A stretch of DNA of 62,413 bases, counting the filler, from Choristocarpus tenellus KU-1152 (Eukaryota; Protista; Phaeophyceae), in NCBI GenBank assembly GCA_964200185.2. It is 12 parts of 12 records of this genome, joined end to end, with 100 filler letters (N's around TTAATTAATTAA, not from the genome) between each part and the next. Parts side by side here need not be neighbours in the genome. Positions count along the whole stretch, not along the records: positions 23,088 to 26,400 come from CAXNAD020020877.1; positions 26,501 to 31,704 come from CAXNAD020011516.1; positions 31,805 to 34,871 come from CAXNAD020022550.1; positions 34,972 to 40,020 come from CAXNAD020012045.1; 8 more parts are not named here. One strand, 5' to 3'. Positions 26,001 to 38,800 of this stretch are shown here, in pieces. Numbering within the stretch: the stretch's first letter is position 1; every line of letters begins with the position of its first letter. The notes below the pieces were generated by a model. That model worked only from the letters and a program-made list of their open reading frames with translations, did no database searches and had not been told where the DNA came from. The position numbers and the translations under genes were made by a program.

Positions 26001-26400
26001 CCCTGCATATATATCCTGCTTATCCATTTCGCTTCTTTCGCCCCCGCCTCGAAATTAACTTGCTTGCGTTTCAACTTCAGGTTCTCACGTGGAATAAAAG
26101 GCGAAAACATATTCACAAGAACACAGCTGGGTGAAGAGCTGCAGGCCTCCTACACGGAGGTTCCAGTATACTACAAGACCCTGCGGAACGAGGGCAATTT
26201 CAAGGGACTCCTTGAAGGTCGCATCAACCGTGTCCCCAACATCACGAGCTACAGGACTTTTCGCGTTGAAAAAGGCGGTGATGGGCGGGTGAAGGTTAGC
26301 GTAAAGCGATACATGCACAGCGCCGAATGGAGTGGGATAGGCGGAGACCTTGCTATCGACCCCAACGCCCCTCCGCACGACCTCTTCATCGGCCACCCGC
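23088..26400 (+). mobile_element. Intron-containing Sola-superfamily DDD transposase (central and catalytic region; probably inactive)
   Basis: Seven phase-consistent exons: 23088-23198, 23827-24084, 24556-24719, 24924-25012, 25208-25320, 25573-25718, 26081-26400. Motifs: WIDYWADTYGQFM, SKEYFLRLLREDRPNI...FMKCDIC, and WQ|VDNCVSENKNNFFL...HFMTVGHTHIKIDQIFSR, matching the Sola-type QxDNCxxENKN...GHTHxxIDQxFS. The first acidic site reads SVGAANQ where DxxDQ is expected. Confidence 0.85.
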
Positions 26401-27112
26401 NNNNNNNNNNNNNNNNNNNNNNNNNNNNNNNNNNNNNNNNNNNNTTAATTAATTAANNNNNNNNNNNNNNNNNNNNNNNNNNNNNNNNNNNNNNNNNNNN
26501 CAGCCGCCACCCCCTCCCAGATACTTTGAGCCTATCCATCCAACCCATGCAACCAAATTCACCCCAAAACCGCGACAATGAAAAATGGGCCCCCAATGGA
26601 CAGCTGTTGCCAGATACTTCGACCCAATATGGGGCAGGCATTGATTTTAAAGGGGACAGGCTGCCTAAAGGTGGACAGGGATGCCATGCCAAGGGTGGTC
26701 AGTACCCGGATTATGGTATTAGGCAGTACGTTCCTGCCAACCTCCTGGACACTTTGGTCACTGCTGTGCGTCGCAAAAGGCTGGTGTCTCATTCCTCCTG
26801 TCACTTGAGAACCACCACACCTCACTGGGCATAAACGATGGTGGTGACAAAACCTGCATGGGGTTTGTGACTGTACAGATCCTTATGGGGACAGTGACAT
26901 GAAGAGGCTGTACTTTGATTACACATTCGCTAAGGAGGAGAAGAGTCACAGGGGAAAAAACAGAGAGAGCACAGACGTTTGGTGCATTCTGCTCAAGGTA
27001 GACACTAAGAAATAATGTATCTATAATAATATGTATGTATCCCTGCATCATTACTGTATATGGGGCTGACCTTCCAGACTTTGTTCATTATTGATGGTGT
27101 TGTTTGGGTCAC

Positions 27113-27371
27113 GAGTCAAAGTATCTTAGAGGGTAGAGCCGCATCCGTTTGGGGGTCAAAATCCAATGTTGCGATTTTGATGTAATTTTGGCTATCGTGT
27201 TTGTAAGGAAGTATCAATATCCTTGTTCCGGACACACCTTTTCATGACGTGTACATTTTATCTACTCTGAAACGTTTCGGAGTAGGTAAATATCATAAAA
27301 AAACTTGTGGGAAGCCAAGTCCCAAACGGACAAACAGGGCAAAACCCATACCCTCTAAGATACTTTCACTC
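27113..27371 (+). mobile_element. MITE family A, 259 bp, imperfect TSD TCAC/TCAT
   Basis: Same TIRs and body; the flanks match at 3 of 4 positions. Confidence 0.92.
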
Positions 27372-30174
27372 TCATTGAAGAATAGAGGCATTGAAGTGTT
27401 TTGTGCTCACACAGGTAAATCTCTATATATGCTGCCATGTCTCCATCCACCCCTTCATCTGTGTACTCTCCTGCTCATCATCCTCTCATATATCCTCAAT
27501 CTCGAATACTCTGGGGATTTTATCCTTACCAGGGGAAGCGACGAGGTTCTCCTCCCTCAGCCTACTCTCTTCATTCTCCGCAATCATCTTCACTAAGTTC
27601 AACTTCTTCATCCGGGCACATTTGGCAACTTCATTCAAGGCTAGCAAGTCGACTTTTGTCTTCTTCCTATTTCACTCTTTTATCCCCGTCCTCAAGATTT
27701 TTGAGGTTGTGCTTCCCCATAATCCAGCCGGCCTCACGAAGTTATCAGAGACCCAAATGTGCTGCGCACAGTTCCTAGCTACCACACGGAAGATCCCGTT
27801 GCTCCAAGGACGTCAGCGGGTCGAGATTATTCCCAACCTGATTGCTCAATCCCCAACTGAAACTCTCAACTTCTAGGCGCCATTGTGCAACTGTTAGGAC
27901 TCTCCTTCACACGAAAAGCATACCTACTGCGGGAACGACAGGATCCTGATCTTTCCAACGCATCACTTAGCGTCAATAGTTTGCGAGAGGTTCCCTACAG
28001 ATGCAGAGACGAGTAGAAACGTGCAAAACGTACTTTGCCTATGAAAAACTTGAAAAAATGGGACCCGAGTTTTCGTGCGTACATACCTATTAGTTCTTCT
28101 GTATTCTAATTATGTAGATAGTACTATTATTAGTATTTGATGATCATAGTAGACTGGAGTATATCATATTAATGTAATGATCTTTTGAGGTAATTGGACT
28201 TCCTCTTTTCTCTTAAATGGACATCATTGGTCGTAGGAGGGAACGTTTATGAAGTTACAAGAGTTTTCCGGGGGGGAGAATTCTGGTAGGAATGACGTAC
28301 AGGGAAGGGAGGGGCGAGGAAGGAAAAATAATATTTTTTCAAGGGTTGAACTATCCCACACTGGACCCGCGGCTTTTATGGTGCTTTAAAGAAGGACAAA
28401 GAACATCTTGATGTAGATGAACAAAGTTAATATTACAAGGGTCTTTATGGTCTCGATTCCGCTGACTGAGCATGTGGATGAGACTGGCGTAAACTACCAC
28501 ATTATTATTCTACAGTGTGGGGTTTGTAATCGTCCACACTAACTTACTATGAATCACTTATTTACTTGTCTGAACTATAGGAGCTGTATATTGTACATGA
28601 TATAAAAACCAATCAACAATATGAGTCAGTACATATAATATATTTCACTGGCTCTCCGTCCTACTACCTAACCCACCGGTGGTGTCTACGTGTGTCAGCA
28701 GTAGCACCATCTACGAACACACATTAAAATTTGCATCTAAAATGCAACGTTCATACATACATAAATATACGTATGTATGAATGATCTGTGCGTTGAGGTC
28801 AGCCTATATAATGTATCTCCCACAAGATGTGTATATCTTGTAAAAAAGACGTAAAGACAGAAGAAGTAGAAGAGGTAAGTATTCCCACAACAAATACACA
28901 CAACACCATCTCGTTGAACAGTAGTAGTAGTTGTATCCTACTACTGCACACCCAAATCAAGATGTAATGTCGTAGGTCCGCCTAGTAACGTTGCCCCAGA
29001 AAACGCATGCCATAGTAAACCGCCTTAACCTCTCGTCCGTTGTTGTCGTTTCTCGGAACGACCAGAAAGGTTGTTTTCAAATCTTGTGGTTCATCAACCT
29101 ACTTATGCTTAGACATTTATCAACCAAAGCAAACGAGAGGTACCTAGGTTTTGACCGTTTTGCATTATTTAGACCCAGTTGTTCAATCTTTCGGAGCTCA
29201 CACATGTTTTTATGGATGGTCTAGTTTTGACTCGAGAACGTTGGTTTCTCTAATAATGTTGAAAAATTTCGATGTAATGTAGAAAGTATCCTACACGCAT
29301 TTTCCACATATTTGTCAGCATCCTGGGTACCTCTCGCTTACATACACTCTTCCGATAGAGTGACGCAACACGTACCACATTGACTACAATCGGTCGAATT
29401 TTTCGAACATTGCAGCGGGAGCATAACTTCGACTCTATTTTCAGTCTGCAGCTTCAAACAGAGCACCGTATCCAGGCAGGAGAGACACACGATCTCCACA
29501 AAGAGGCACCTAAGTTGTAGCAGGCATTAGCCGTCTGAGACCCACCAGAGAGCACACATGTTTTAAAACACTACCGACATACTTCAAAGCATTAGTCCAC
29601 AACCAGTGCTATTCGTACATCGCAGCAGCTGTTCCATCACACCCCAATCACAAGTCAAAACCAGAAAAAGCACCTAAAACCCTCTTTCCTTTACGCACTC
29701 TCAGGACTGCTTTCCCCCTCCAGGTTACAACATAAGTACAGTAGACGTCTTGCAAAGGAGAAAGGAGCCAAATGCATACATAATGACGGCCCTCCTCCCG
29801 CCAGCCACCATACCTCTTCCACCTCCCTACCACGTAACAATAAAAACAAACATTTTTCGATTGGCGATAGCTAAAAACTCTTTTCTATATCTGTACGTTT
29901 GACTCGACATAAACACACTCACACTGACACACCGACTCCTCCATAAAATACACTCATGCCCTCAGCCCTTCACTACAAATGAACCACAGCCCTGCAACCT
30001 GCCTGCATTGGAAGCAAAAGCACAGGCTAAGAAGATTCCTATTGCTTTCAGGGATGAGGGAGGGGAGGGCAGCCCCTTCATAACTTGAGGCAAGAGCCAG
30101 CGAATCCCCACCCATCCTTTCGACCTCCACAACCAATCAACACTTCGAGAAACAACAACTGTGGCATTGCTTAT

Positions 30175-30208
<34 letters not shown>

Positions 30209-30447
30209 ACAGATCCATATCATACAGGTATTGTCTCGGAAGGATGAACCAAGTCCATTCTTGCGCGTCCTCCACAACATTCATACCGACGGGCGACCCA
30301 ACATCCCCTGTTCTGCCCCCCGCGCATACGGGCACAAGGGTCTACTAACACTGCCGAGGCGTGCTGTCTATCATCTCTTCTCATGTCACTGACGTTGACG
30401 GATCGAACCAGAGAGAGGCGGCCCAGTGGGGGGGAGCTATATATATT

Positions 30448-30480
<33 letters not shown>

Positions 30481-31804
30481 TCACAGCTAAACGTGGTCAT
30501 CTTAACAAGAGGCACAATCACACCTACATTTCGACTCCAAAAACAGAAAAAGAGATAAAAATGAAACAAAAACAAACACACACACACACAAAAGCATTGC
30601 TGTTGACAGTTTCAGCAGGCATTGATCGCCGTGCGCATTATCAATCTGCAAGTGTGAACACATTCCTCTCCGGGGTGCCAGCATGACAGAATCGAGGGTG
30701 TTGGAGCAGGGTACGTCGAACCGACGCCTTCCAAGCAGGGGTCCTCCTCAGGCTGGACTCGCTCTTCCAGTCCAAGTTGTCGTGGAAGTGCTCCTGGAGG
30801 GGTGGAAGTTCATTGGCACTGTTCAGGCAGAGATTCCAAGAGGTTCTACAAAAATAAAAAAAGGGGGGAGAGGTCTGACCGTTCTCCGGAGGATCAAAAC
30901 TCACTACAGGAAGAGCTATTCATTTCTTCATTGTTAGAACGGTAATGTTCGGTGGGTGTAAGTCCAGTACGGTCAAGACCTCTTGAATGTGCTCTGAATT
31001 ACTATTATTATTATTATTATCAATGAGAGTCGAGAGGACACTAAACAATCAAAACCAAGCCCTCTATCTTTTGATAATATTGGACATAACACGGTTCGAT
31101 TGAATCACAAACTATTGAACAGGTATGAACCCCCCCCCCCCCCTCCCCCCAACTTTTTTTCCCTTTTTTTTGTATGGAACCGAAAACGTGATTTTCAAAC
31201 CAGAATCAGAGCCATTCCGTACTGTCCAGTGCACTCTCACATGAAGTACTCTAACCAAAAGATACTCACTACCTACAGCTTCATTCTCAAGAATCTCGAC
31301 AGAAGATACTCATGACCTAAGGTCACCAAATACAGCCTGGTTTCATGTTGTACACATTTCTTCATCTTGGGAATAGTCAGGGCCAGGGATATTATTACAG
31401 TTCTCTGACAGAAGATGGGTACTATTACAACTGCTCGAGGGAAGTGCTGGCAAACTACTAATCCGTCAACTGTAAGGGATCCATCCATGTGAAACAAAAG
31501 CAGCCCCTTTCCCAGTACACAGAGTGTGTCCATCAACCCCACATAGTATAAAAAAGAAAAAATATTCTAGACATCAATCAGAGAAATCCATTAAGACCTC
31601 ATTTAGTTTCTGTTTCAAGTCACAATGCCTGCATCGCAGTAGTCTGAGTGTAAAATTTGAGCATCATATTGCACATTAGATCAACAATGTTGAATCCCCC
31701 CCCCNNNNNNNNNNNNNNNNNNNNNNNNNNNNNNNNNNNNNNNNNNNNTTAATTAATTAANNNNNNNNNNNNNNNNNNNNNNNNNNNNNNNNNNNNNNNN
31801 NNNN

Positions 31805-33903
31805 ACCAGTGCACACAGTAAAAAAGATATTCCTTCCCCCTGGCACGGAAACGCTTGTTCCAGTTTGTTCTCAGGCACTTCGAGGAACAGCTACCGATGC
31901 AGTGGTGGAACCTATCATTTACACTGGCACAAACCTCCAGCACGAGGACGACATACATCCCCACTGGCAACACATAATAGTCAGTCGTACCCTCACTGTT
32001 GGGGAAGAAGATGGAGGATGTCTAGTCAAAATTGCCAATTTGTCACAAAAAGGGATCAAGTTGCCAGCTGAGTTTGTAGTTGGTCATGTTTCCCCTGTAT
32101 CAAAAACATATGCCTAATCAGACACAACAGTAAGTGCAGTTGCAGCCACACCATCTACCCCTGAAGAACTGAAACAGGCTAGGGAAGAATTGAAGTTGGT
32201 TTTTTCTAACAAGGCTTCTACAAATATTCAACTGACACTGTCTGAGCAAGAGGAATTACTAGATGTAGTGGCTAAATTCAGACCAGCCTTTTCATTGTCC
32301 GAAAAAGAATTAGTTTGCTATACCACTACTTCTCTTAACTTTCTATTACAACCAGGCACTAAACCTGTTAGCAGACCACCGTATCGCACGGCACCAAAAA
32401 TACACGACTCTATTCGACAATGCGCAAATGATATGGAGAATCGGGGTATTATAAAACCCTCATCTAGCCCATGGGCATCCCCTGTTACCATTGTTGCCAA
32501 ACCAGACGGATCACCTCAATTCTGTGTGGATTTTAGAGGAACCATAAATAAACATTTGATACGTAATTCATGGCCTTTGCCATCCATGGATGAGTGCTTA
32601 TCCATGTTGGGGGGTTCAAAATATTTCTCTTGTTTAGATATTCAATCAGCCTACTGGCAACTACCAGTCACTGATGAATGCGAACGACAAAAAACTGCCT
32701 TCATCACGCCGGATGGGAAATATGAGTTTCAGAGGATACCATTTGGAGTACAAAATGCACCTTGGATATTCCAACGCTTTATGTCTGAAAGCTTTTCCAG
32801 TATCGGTCCTAGCTCAGGGTTGTTGATATAGACGATATTGTTTTAGCCTCTCCGTCATGGACACACCGTAAACAGTTGATCACTACAGTTCTGTCACTGT
32901 TACAAGATGTAGGGGTGATGTTAAAGCCGTCCAAGGCTCAATTTGGCTCAAAACAAATCCGTTATTTGGGACATGATGTTAGCCCACAAGGAATTGCTGT
33001 ATCCCAAGCTCGTATTGAAGCTATATTAGAGATGCATCCTCCTCAAACTGTGAAAGGCTTGCAATCGTTTTTAGGTTCAATGAACTTTGTTAGGAAGTAC
33101 ATTCCCCACCTAGCAACAGCAACAGAACCGTTGGTTGAATTGATTCGCCATACACAAAAAGTAAAGTCACACAAAGAGTTCACTTCAGTAAAACGAGCAA
33201 AGAAAGACCACAATGATATATCACCTAGATGGAATCGACCACAACAAACTGCTTTTGATGAATGCAAACGAATGTTATCAACGGCTCCAGTGCTACACTT
33301 TCCTGATTTTTCTAAGGAATTTTTTATTCATGTAGATGTCAGTAATGTTGGGACAGGGGCGTTTTTAGCACATAAAAATGAAGACCATTTTGATATAATT
33401 GCATACCATAGTGCCTTACTTTCCCCCTCCCAACATAAATATTCAGCCACACAAAAAGAGTGCCTTGCTGTTATTCTGACAATCCAACATTGGAGACCAT
33501 ATATTTGGGGTAAACATTTCACAGTTATCACTGATCATTCAGCCTTACGGCGGCTGCATACGATGCAAAGTACGTCCAATCTGTTAACTCGATGGGCCTT
33601 AGCTTTGCAAAGTTTTGATTTTACCGTCCTTCATAAGCCTGGAAGATTACATTACATCCCAGATATGTTGTCACGTCCTCAACTGGAAGAATGCTGTAAA
33701 CATGAATCTGAACCAGCACCCCTAAGCCCTATATGTCGAAATGTGGGTACAAAAACCACTGATGCAAGTTCTCAAGCAAGTAAGGTGTAGCCTGCCTATG
33801 AATTGTCTGTGGATCGACTAGGTGAAATCACTGAAGTGGCAAGTGACTCCGAGCTCTTTGCAAGCTCCATCAATGTGTTCCCTGTAGACAATAATACGGA
33901 AGT
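31805..33903 (+). mobile_element. Ty3/Gypsy LTR-retrotransposon pol remnant (RT and RNase H), pseudogenised, integrase absent
   Basis: RT motifs SPWASPVTIVAKPDGSPQFCVDFR, DIQSAYWQ, KTAFITPDGKYEFQRIPFG. The YxDD codons are frameshifted at about 32828 (ttgatatagacgat). RNase H motifs HVDVSNVGTGA, YSATQKECLA, TDHSAL, RWALALQSFDF. Stops at 32115 and 33788. Confidence 0.95.
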
Positions 33904-34159
33904 GAGTGAAAGTATCTTAGAGGGTACGAGTTTTGCCCTGTTTGTCCACTTGGGGGTTGGCTTCTCAATAATTCTTTTATGACATTTTCTTAGTCCAAAA
34001 TGTTTAGGAGTAGGTAAAGTGTACATACTTTATGAAAAGGTGTGTCCGAAACATACTGACGTTTCCTAACGAATTTGATAGCCTAATTTACATTAAAATG
34101 GCAAAATTGGATTTTGATCCCAAATGGACACGGCTCTACCCTCTAAGATACTTTGACTC
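33904..34159 (-). mobile_element. MITE family A in reverse orientation, no TSD
   Basis: GAGTGAAAGTATCTTAGAGGGTA...TACCCTCTAAGATACTTTGACTC; flanks are AAGT and GAGC. Confidence 0.92.
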
Positions 34160-34700
34160 GAGCCCCAACTCACGTCCATCCGAACAACCACGTCAGCTTA
34201 CACCGGAACACTGTGCGATCTGTTTCTCCGAGGTACAAAAGCTAGTCCTCCCTTTGCCCTGCACACACTCACTGGATCTGGGCTTTGCCTCGGCTCTATA
34301 CCTCCGCACCAGACCCCTACATCCCATCCCGTGCCCCACCTGTCATACCCCTGCCAGCCCAGAACACTACTACGCTGCTATGGAGGGGAGTGTGGGAACT
34401 GAAGCCGTGCTGGAATCCATCCGATCACAATCGTCCTCCACCCCTTTTTCCATCCCAGCATTCCACCTACTCTCCATCCCATGCCCCCACCCACCAGCCC
34501 CTCCCCCTTCTTTCCCTCCCTGCCCTAGCTGTCTAGAGCTTCTCCGCCCAGACCACCAAGGCACCCTCCCCTGTGGGTGCTCGCTCCACCTCAACTGCAT
34601 GGACAGCCTCTGCGAAGATGCCAATCACCCTTTCACATGCCCCTACTGTGGAACACACTTACCCATCCCCACGCTTTCAGTTGCACCTACATCACCCTAA
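34160..34700 (+). CDS. Intronless tandem RING-like zinc-finger coding segment, possibly retroelement-derived
   Basis: CAIC...LPCTHSLDLGF...CPTC (degenerate) followed by CPSC...LPCGCSLHLNC...CPYC (full eight-ligand C4HC3-type spacing). Confidence 0.6.
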
Positions 34701-35874
34701 CCAGCCCAAGGCCGACACCTGGTGGGCTCATAACCCGCTTGAATAATGCTACTGCACCCCAAATCCACCTCTTTTCACCACACAATATCCCAGGCCAAAC
34801 CTCACACCCCACCCACCTCACTCCACAGGTCGGAGCCCCCCTACCCCCCCCCCCCCCACCCCCCCCCCCCCNNNNNNNNNNNNNNNNNNNNNNNNNNNNN
34901 NNNNNNNNNNNNNNNTTAATTAATTAANNNNNNNNNNNNNNNNNNNNNNNNNNNNNNNNNNNNNNNNNNNNGTGTAGACCCCCCCCCCCCTCCCAGATAC
35001 TTTGGGTCTAGACTGGGGCTGAGCTTGTAGAAGGGCACAGCACGAGTGTGTAGCCACCTCGATAGACCGTCACTTTGAATGATTCAATGTTTCAACTGTT
35101 GGCTAGACGTACAAGGTGTCAGGTGTGAGGGAGGTGAGGAAGTTGAGTTCCGTACAAACCTTCTATCTTTTCACCCTGTGTCTCAGAAACCACTGTTCTT
35201 TACCATTTCTTGGTGATCCCACTAGGTGAAGACCCCCACACTCTCTGTTCCAAACACGGAAGACCACAGTGATGAAAGATGTATGAAAATATATATGATA
35301 AAAAGTAAGTGTATACATGCTTGGGTTCTGTTGGGAAGGAATTCCGTAATAAAACCAGTCCATCCAGAAAAATATGAAGTGGTAAGAGATTTGAGTGCAA
35401 TACAAAACTCACCTAAATCAGTTAGAAACGATACACACTGGGATTGAAGTTTTGTACGGCTATATTTTCTAGATTAGATGTGTGCACACACCCTCTGATC
35501 CCAATTCCTACACCATGTAACCTGACCCTCGCTCTGATTCAACACATTGACTCCCCCACAGCCCAGTCACACAAATCCGCTCCACCTCTTCCTCTCAAGC
35601 TCATGACCCCTCCCTAAGCTCCCTGGGCAAGTCAAGCCCAGCCTCTCATAGCAATCCCAGTTGTACATGTTCCAGATCTTTGTCTCAACATTGATTCCAT
35701 CTTTTTCTAAACCAACACTCCTTCCTTACCACAATACGAACACATACATATCCAAGAACCTTTTTGGTGGGCACCAGCTCTACAATTTAAAGTGATAAAA
35801 ACGTAGTGGTGAAGTCCACCTCTGCTCGCTCCCCTCTTCAAGGGTGTCAATGCTTACCACCTTTTGGGCCTCAC

Positions 35875-38800
35875 CTGAGGTTGAGGCGCGTGAGAGTGGT
35901 GTTTTCTCTCATCCCCTCCATGAGCATCCGCCCCCCCTCGTCTGTGAGGCGGTTCAGGCGGAGGTTGAGGTCCACCAGTGACTTGTTGGTGCGGAGAGCG
36001 CGCCCAAGGTACCTTCCCCCCTCTGCATGAACCTGTTTTCATGCCCAGAGGGGGGCAACTGGAACGTTTTACGGCTCATGGTTGTAGTGGGATAACTGAG
36101 CCAAAGCTAAGCGAGAGGTATGCTATGCAGGTTTTGACCGTTTCTGTTTTGAATTTTTTTTAAAGTAATTTCTTTTTGTCTTTAAAAAAAAATCGTCTAC
36201 AGTTCCCCCATATTTTCTTCTATATATGGATTAAGCGCTCTAGTAGGTTTTGTTTTGTTTTGTTTTTGACTTGTGAGAGACGTTGATATTTCTCCGTTGT
36301 TTTAAAAAAAGAATTCGACACGATTCAGAAAAATATCCTTCAAATGTTTGAAAAAAAATATAGGTGAACTTTTTTTGTGCATATTTTTTTAATTTATCTT
36401 TCGGCATCTTTAAAATGAAACTTTGTCTACCTCTTATTGAGGAATGAGGAGTGGAACAGTCTGAGAAGGGGGGTCGGTTTCGGCGCTATTGCCCCTTTGA
36501 AGGTGTTTTTGGATCATGTGAGGTGACCCGAAGCATTTAAGAAGTTAGGAGTTTTGCCGTGTTTGTTTGTTTGGGGTTTGGGGTTTGGGGTTCCCACGTT
36601 TTTTTTATATGCCCGGTTTTCGTTTTTCTGTTTGAACACAGTTACCTAAAATTTATACCACTATGAAAGGTGTGTCCAGAGCAAGGATATCGACACTTGC
36701 TAACAAACACGACAGCCAAAATTAATCAAAATCGCGACATTGGATTTATCTTGGACCCTAATCAGACACGGCCCTACTCTCTTCAATGCTTCGACTTAGG
36801 TATACACCATGTCCATGCCTGAAATGCTGTTAAGAGCCCCCTTAGGAGTGTGTGTCTATATAGAAGAGGAGATTAGGTTACGAACACGTCGCATTAGCTG
36901 AAAGCGCCCTCCACAATTGCTCAAAACACTTCAAACAGGAGACGGTCATGGGAGAACTCAACTTAATATCCTCTTCTTAGAAGGATTCCTCTAACTAAGG
37001 CGCTCTAATAGATGCGTAAAATACTCTATATACTCCGAAACATCCCCGAAAATTTGAGACCATTAACACCTCAAAACAATACACCGAACTTCAAGAGGGG
37101 TCACAAGGTAGAGAAATCTGGAGCTCTGGAGCTCTGGAGCTCTACAGAGCCGTACCCTTTTGTTTTTATATGTGATGGCGTGATCTTTCGAATAGTAGTA
37201 CCAGATTCTATTTTGGTGTAACTCGAAGCTTGTGGCAGTTAAATAGCAAAACAGAGTATCGTTTCCCTTATATTTAATGTTTGGAAAAACGTGGTCCTCA
37301 GGTAGTGACTGCTCTCGAACAATCACGAGAATTTTCTCCTATCTCTTCTGCACAACTACCCCAAACCGTGCGTTATTTCGTTTCATATTTGAACACACGA
37401 ACAAAAGGGAATGCCTTGATTCTACTAGGTTGATCTCGACCTCCAGTTTTACCTTGAACTTGACTACGATGTTGATTTTGGAACACTAGTAACCCTTGAA
37501 GTACGAATTTGCAACAATATTTTACCGACCAGTCTGATGGTTTGTCTTGAAATGCATAAAAATCTATCAAGCTTGTGCTTGAACCACTAAGAGTAGAGCA
37601 AGAAATTGTACCCTGCTTTAAGGCCAACAAACACACACACACATGTATATACTTTTGTGAAAAAAACTTTGCAGCAAGAAACCCTTGCATTTGTTAATAA
37701 AGATCCTGTGCTTTACGTCGCCGCTCACAAAAATATTCTGGCTCCTGGCACTTCACACCTTGGCTGCATAGAGTCTCTTCAAACCATATTCATACATAGA
37801 TATATTATATATATATATATTATATACAGATATATTATATACAGATATATTATATACAGATATATTATATACAGATATATTATATACAGATATATTATAT
37901 ACAGATATATTATATATAGATATATTCATACATAGATATATTATATATAGATATATTATATATAGATACAACCCTAGGTTCTTCGCCATATTCGTGGAGA
38001 TAGATTCATCTGAACACACACCCACATGCTCCAGAGTGTATGTCTGTTCAAATTGTTTCAGAAACTGATCAAGTACTAAAATATGCGGATCGTGACTAAA
38101 ACGAAGGTATTCTGGGTTTGTGCCGGGCATATGCATACATACATACATAATACATACATACATATTTGTGTATCCTCCATGAGCATGATTGAGCAGAAAA
38201 ATATACTGGAGTATCTATTTATTCCCCAGCCTATCCTCAACCCGACCCACTTAATCCCTCTGTAACTAACACACTGTACTTGCCTGATTATCCGCCATGT
38301 TGAGGCTCACTAGCACACTCCTCTCACCCAAGAGTTTGGATAGCAGACGTGCTCCTGTCTCAGATGATATTGGGGTTTGTTGGGTTGGAATTGATGTTGC
38401 TGGGAAGGCAGGAATTGAGTTTGATTGGGGGGGGGGGCTATGAAAGGAATCGGGATTGCAGTCTTTGATGTGGGTGCTTGGTGTGTGTGGAGCAAGAGTG
38501 ATGTGTGCCAAAGAACATTCAGTTTTGTAACACTCTAAAGCTGGCCATCCTATACCCTGCCCTCTTGCCAATGAAGTACAGGAAGATCTGGTGGTACTTC
38601 AAAGTGGTGGGCTGGCACTGCCTTACTGGGCCTTTGCTGTTGATTGTATCCAACCACTTACCATTTGTGTTGGAGGCCCGAATCCTTAGTCACTATTATT
38701 CCATCAATCATGAACAAAACAAAAAAATCCAAAATTGAAAAATGCTGTTTAAGAATCCCCCAAAACTATTACACTCCATGACCTGTATCCCCACTTTTCA

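Noticed and set aside
19340-26400. Possible Fanzor/TnpB cargo, since Fanzors are reported with Sola2 and IS630/Tc1 elements
   Set aside because: No RuvC motifs (DPG, E..TS..C..C, RD.NA..N) were recognisable here or near 59136-59468. The gaps could still hide one.
27440-27870. Coding-like charged stretch on minus
   Set aside because: It contains in-frame stops and no recognisable motif, so it cannot be assigned.
30715-30818. Phase-compatible candidate next DRC5 exon (LNLS|ANELPPLQEHF...)
   Set aside because: After ANEL the peptide does not continue an LRR pattern, no clear donor is present, and two spacers intervene.
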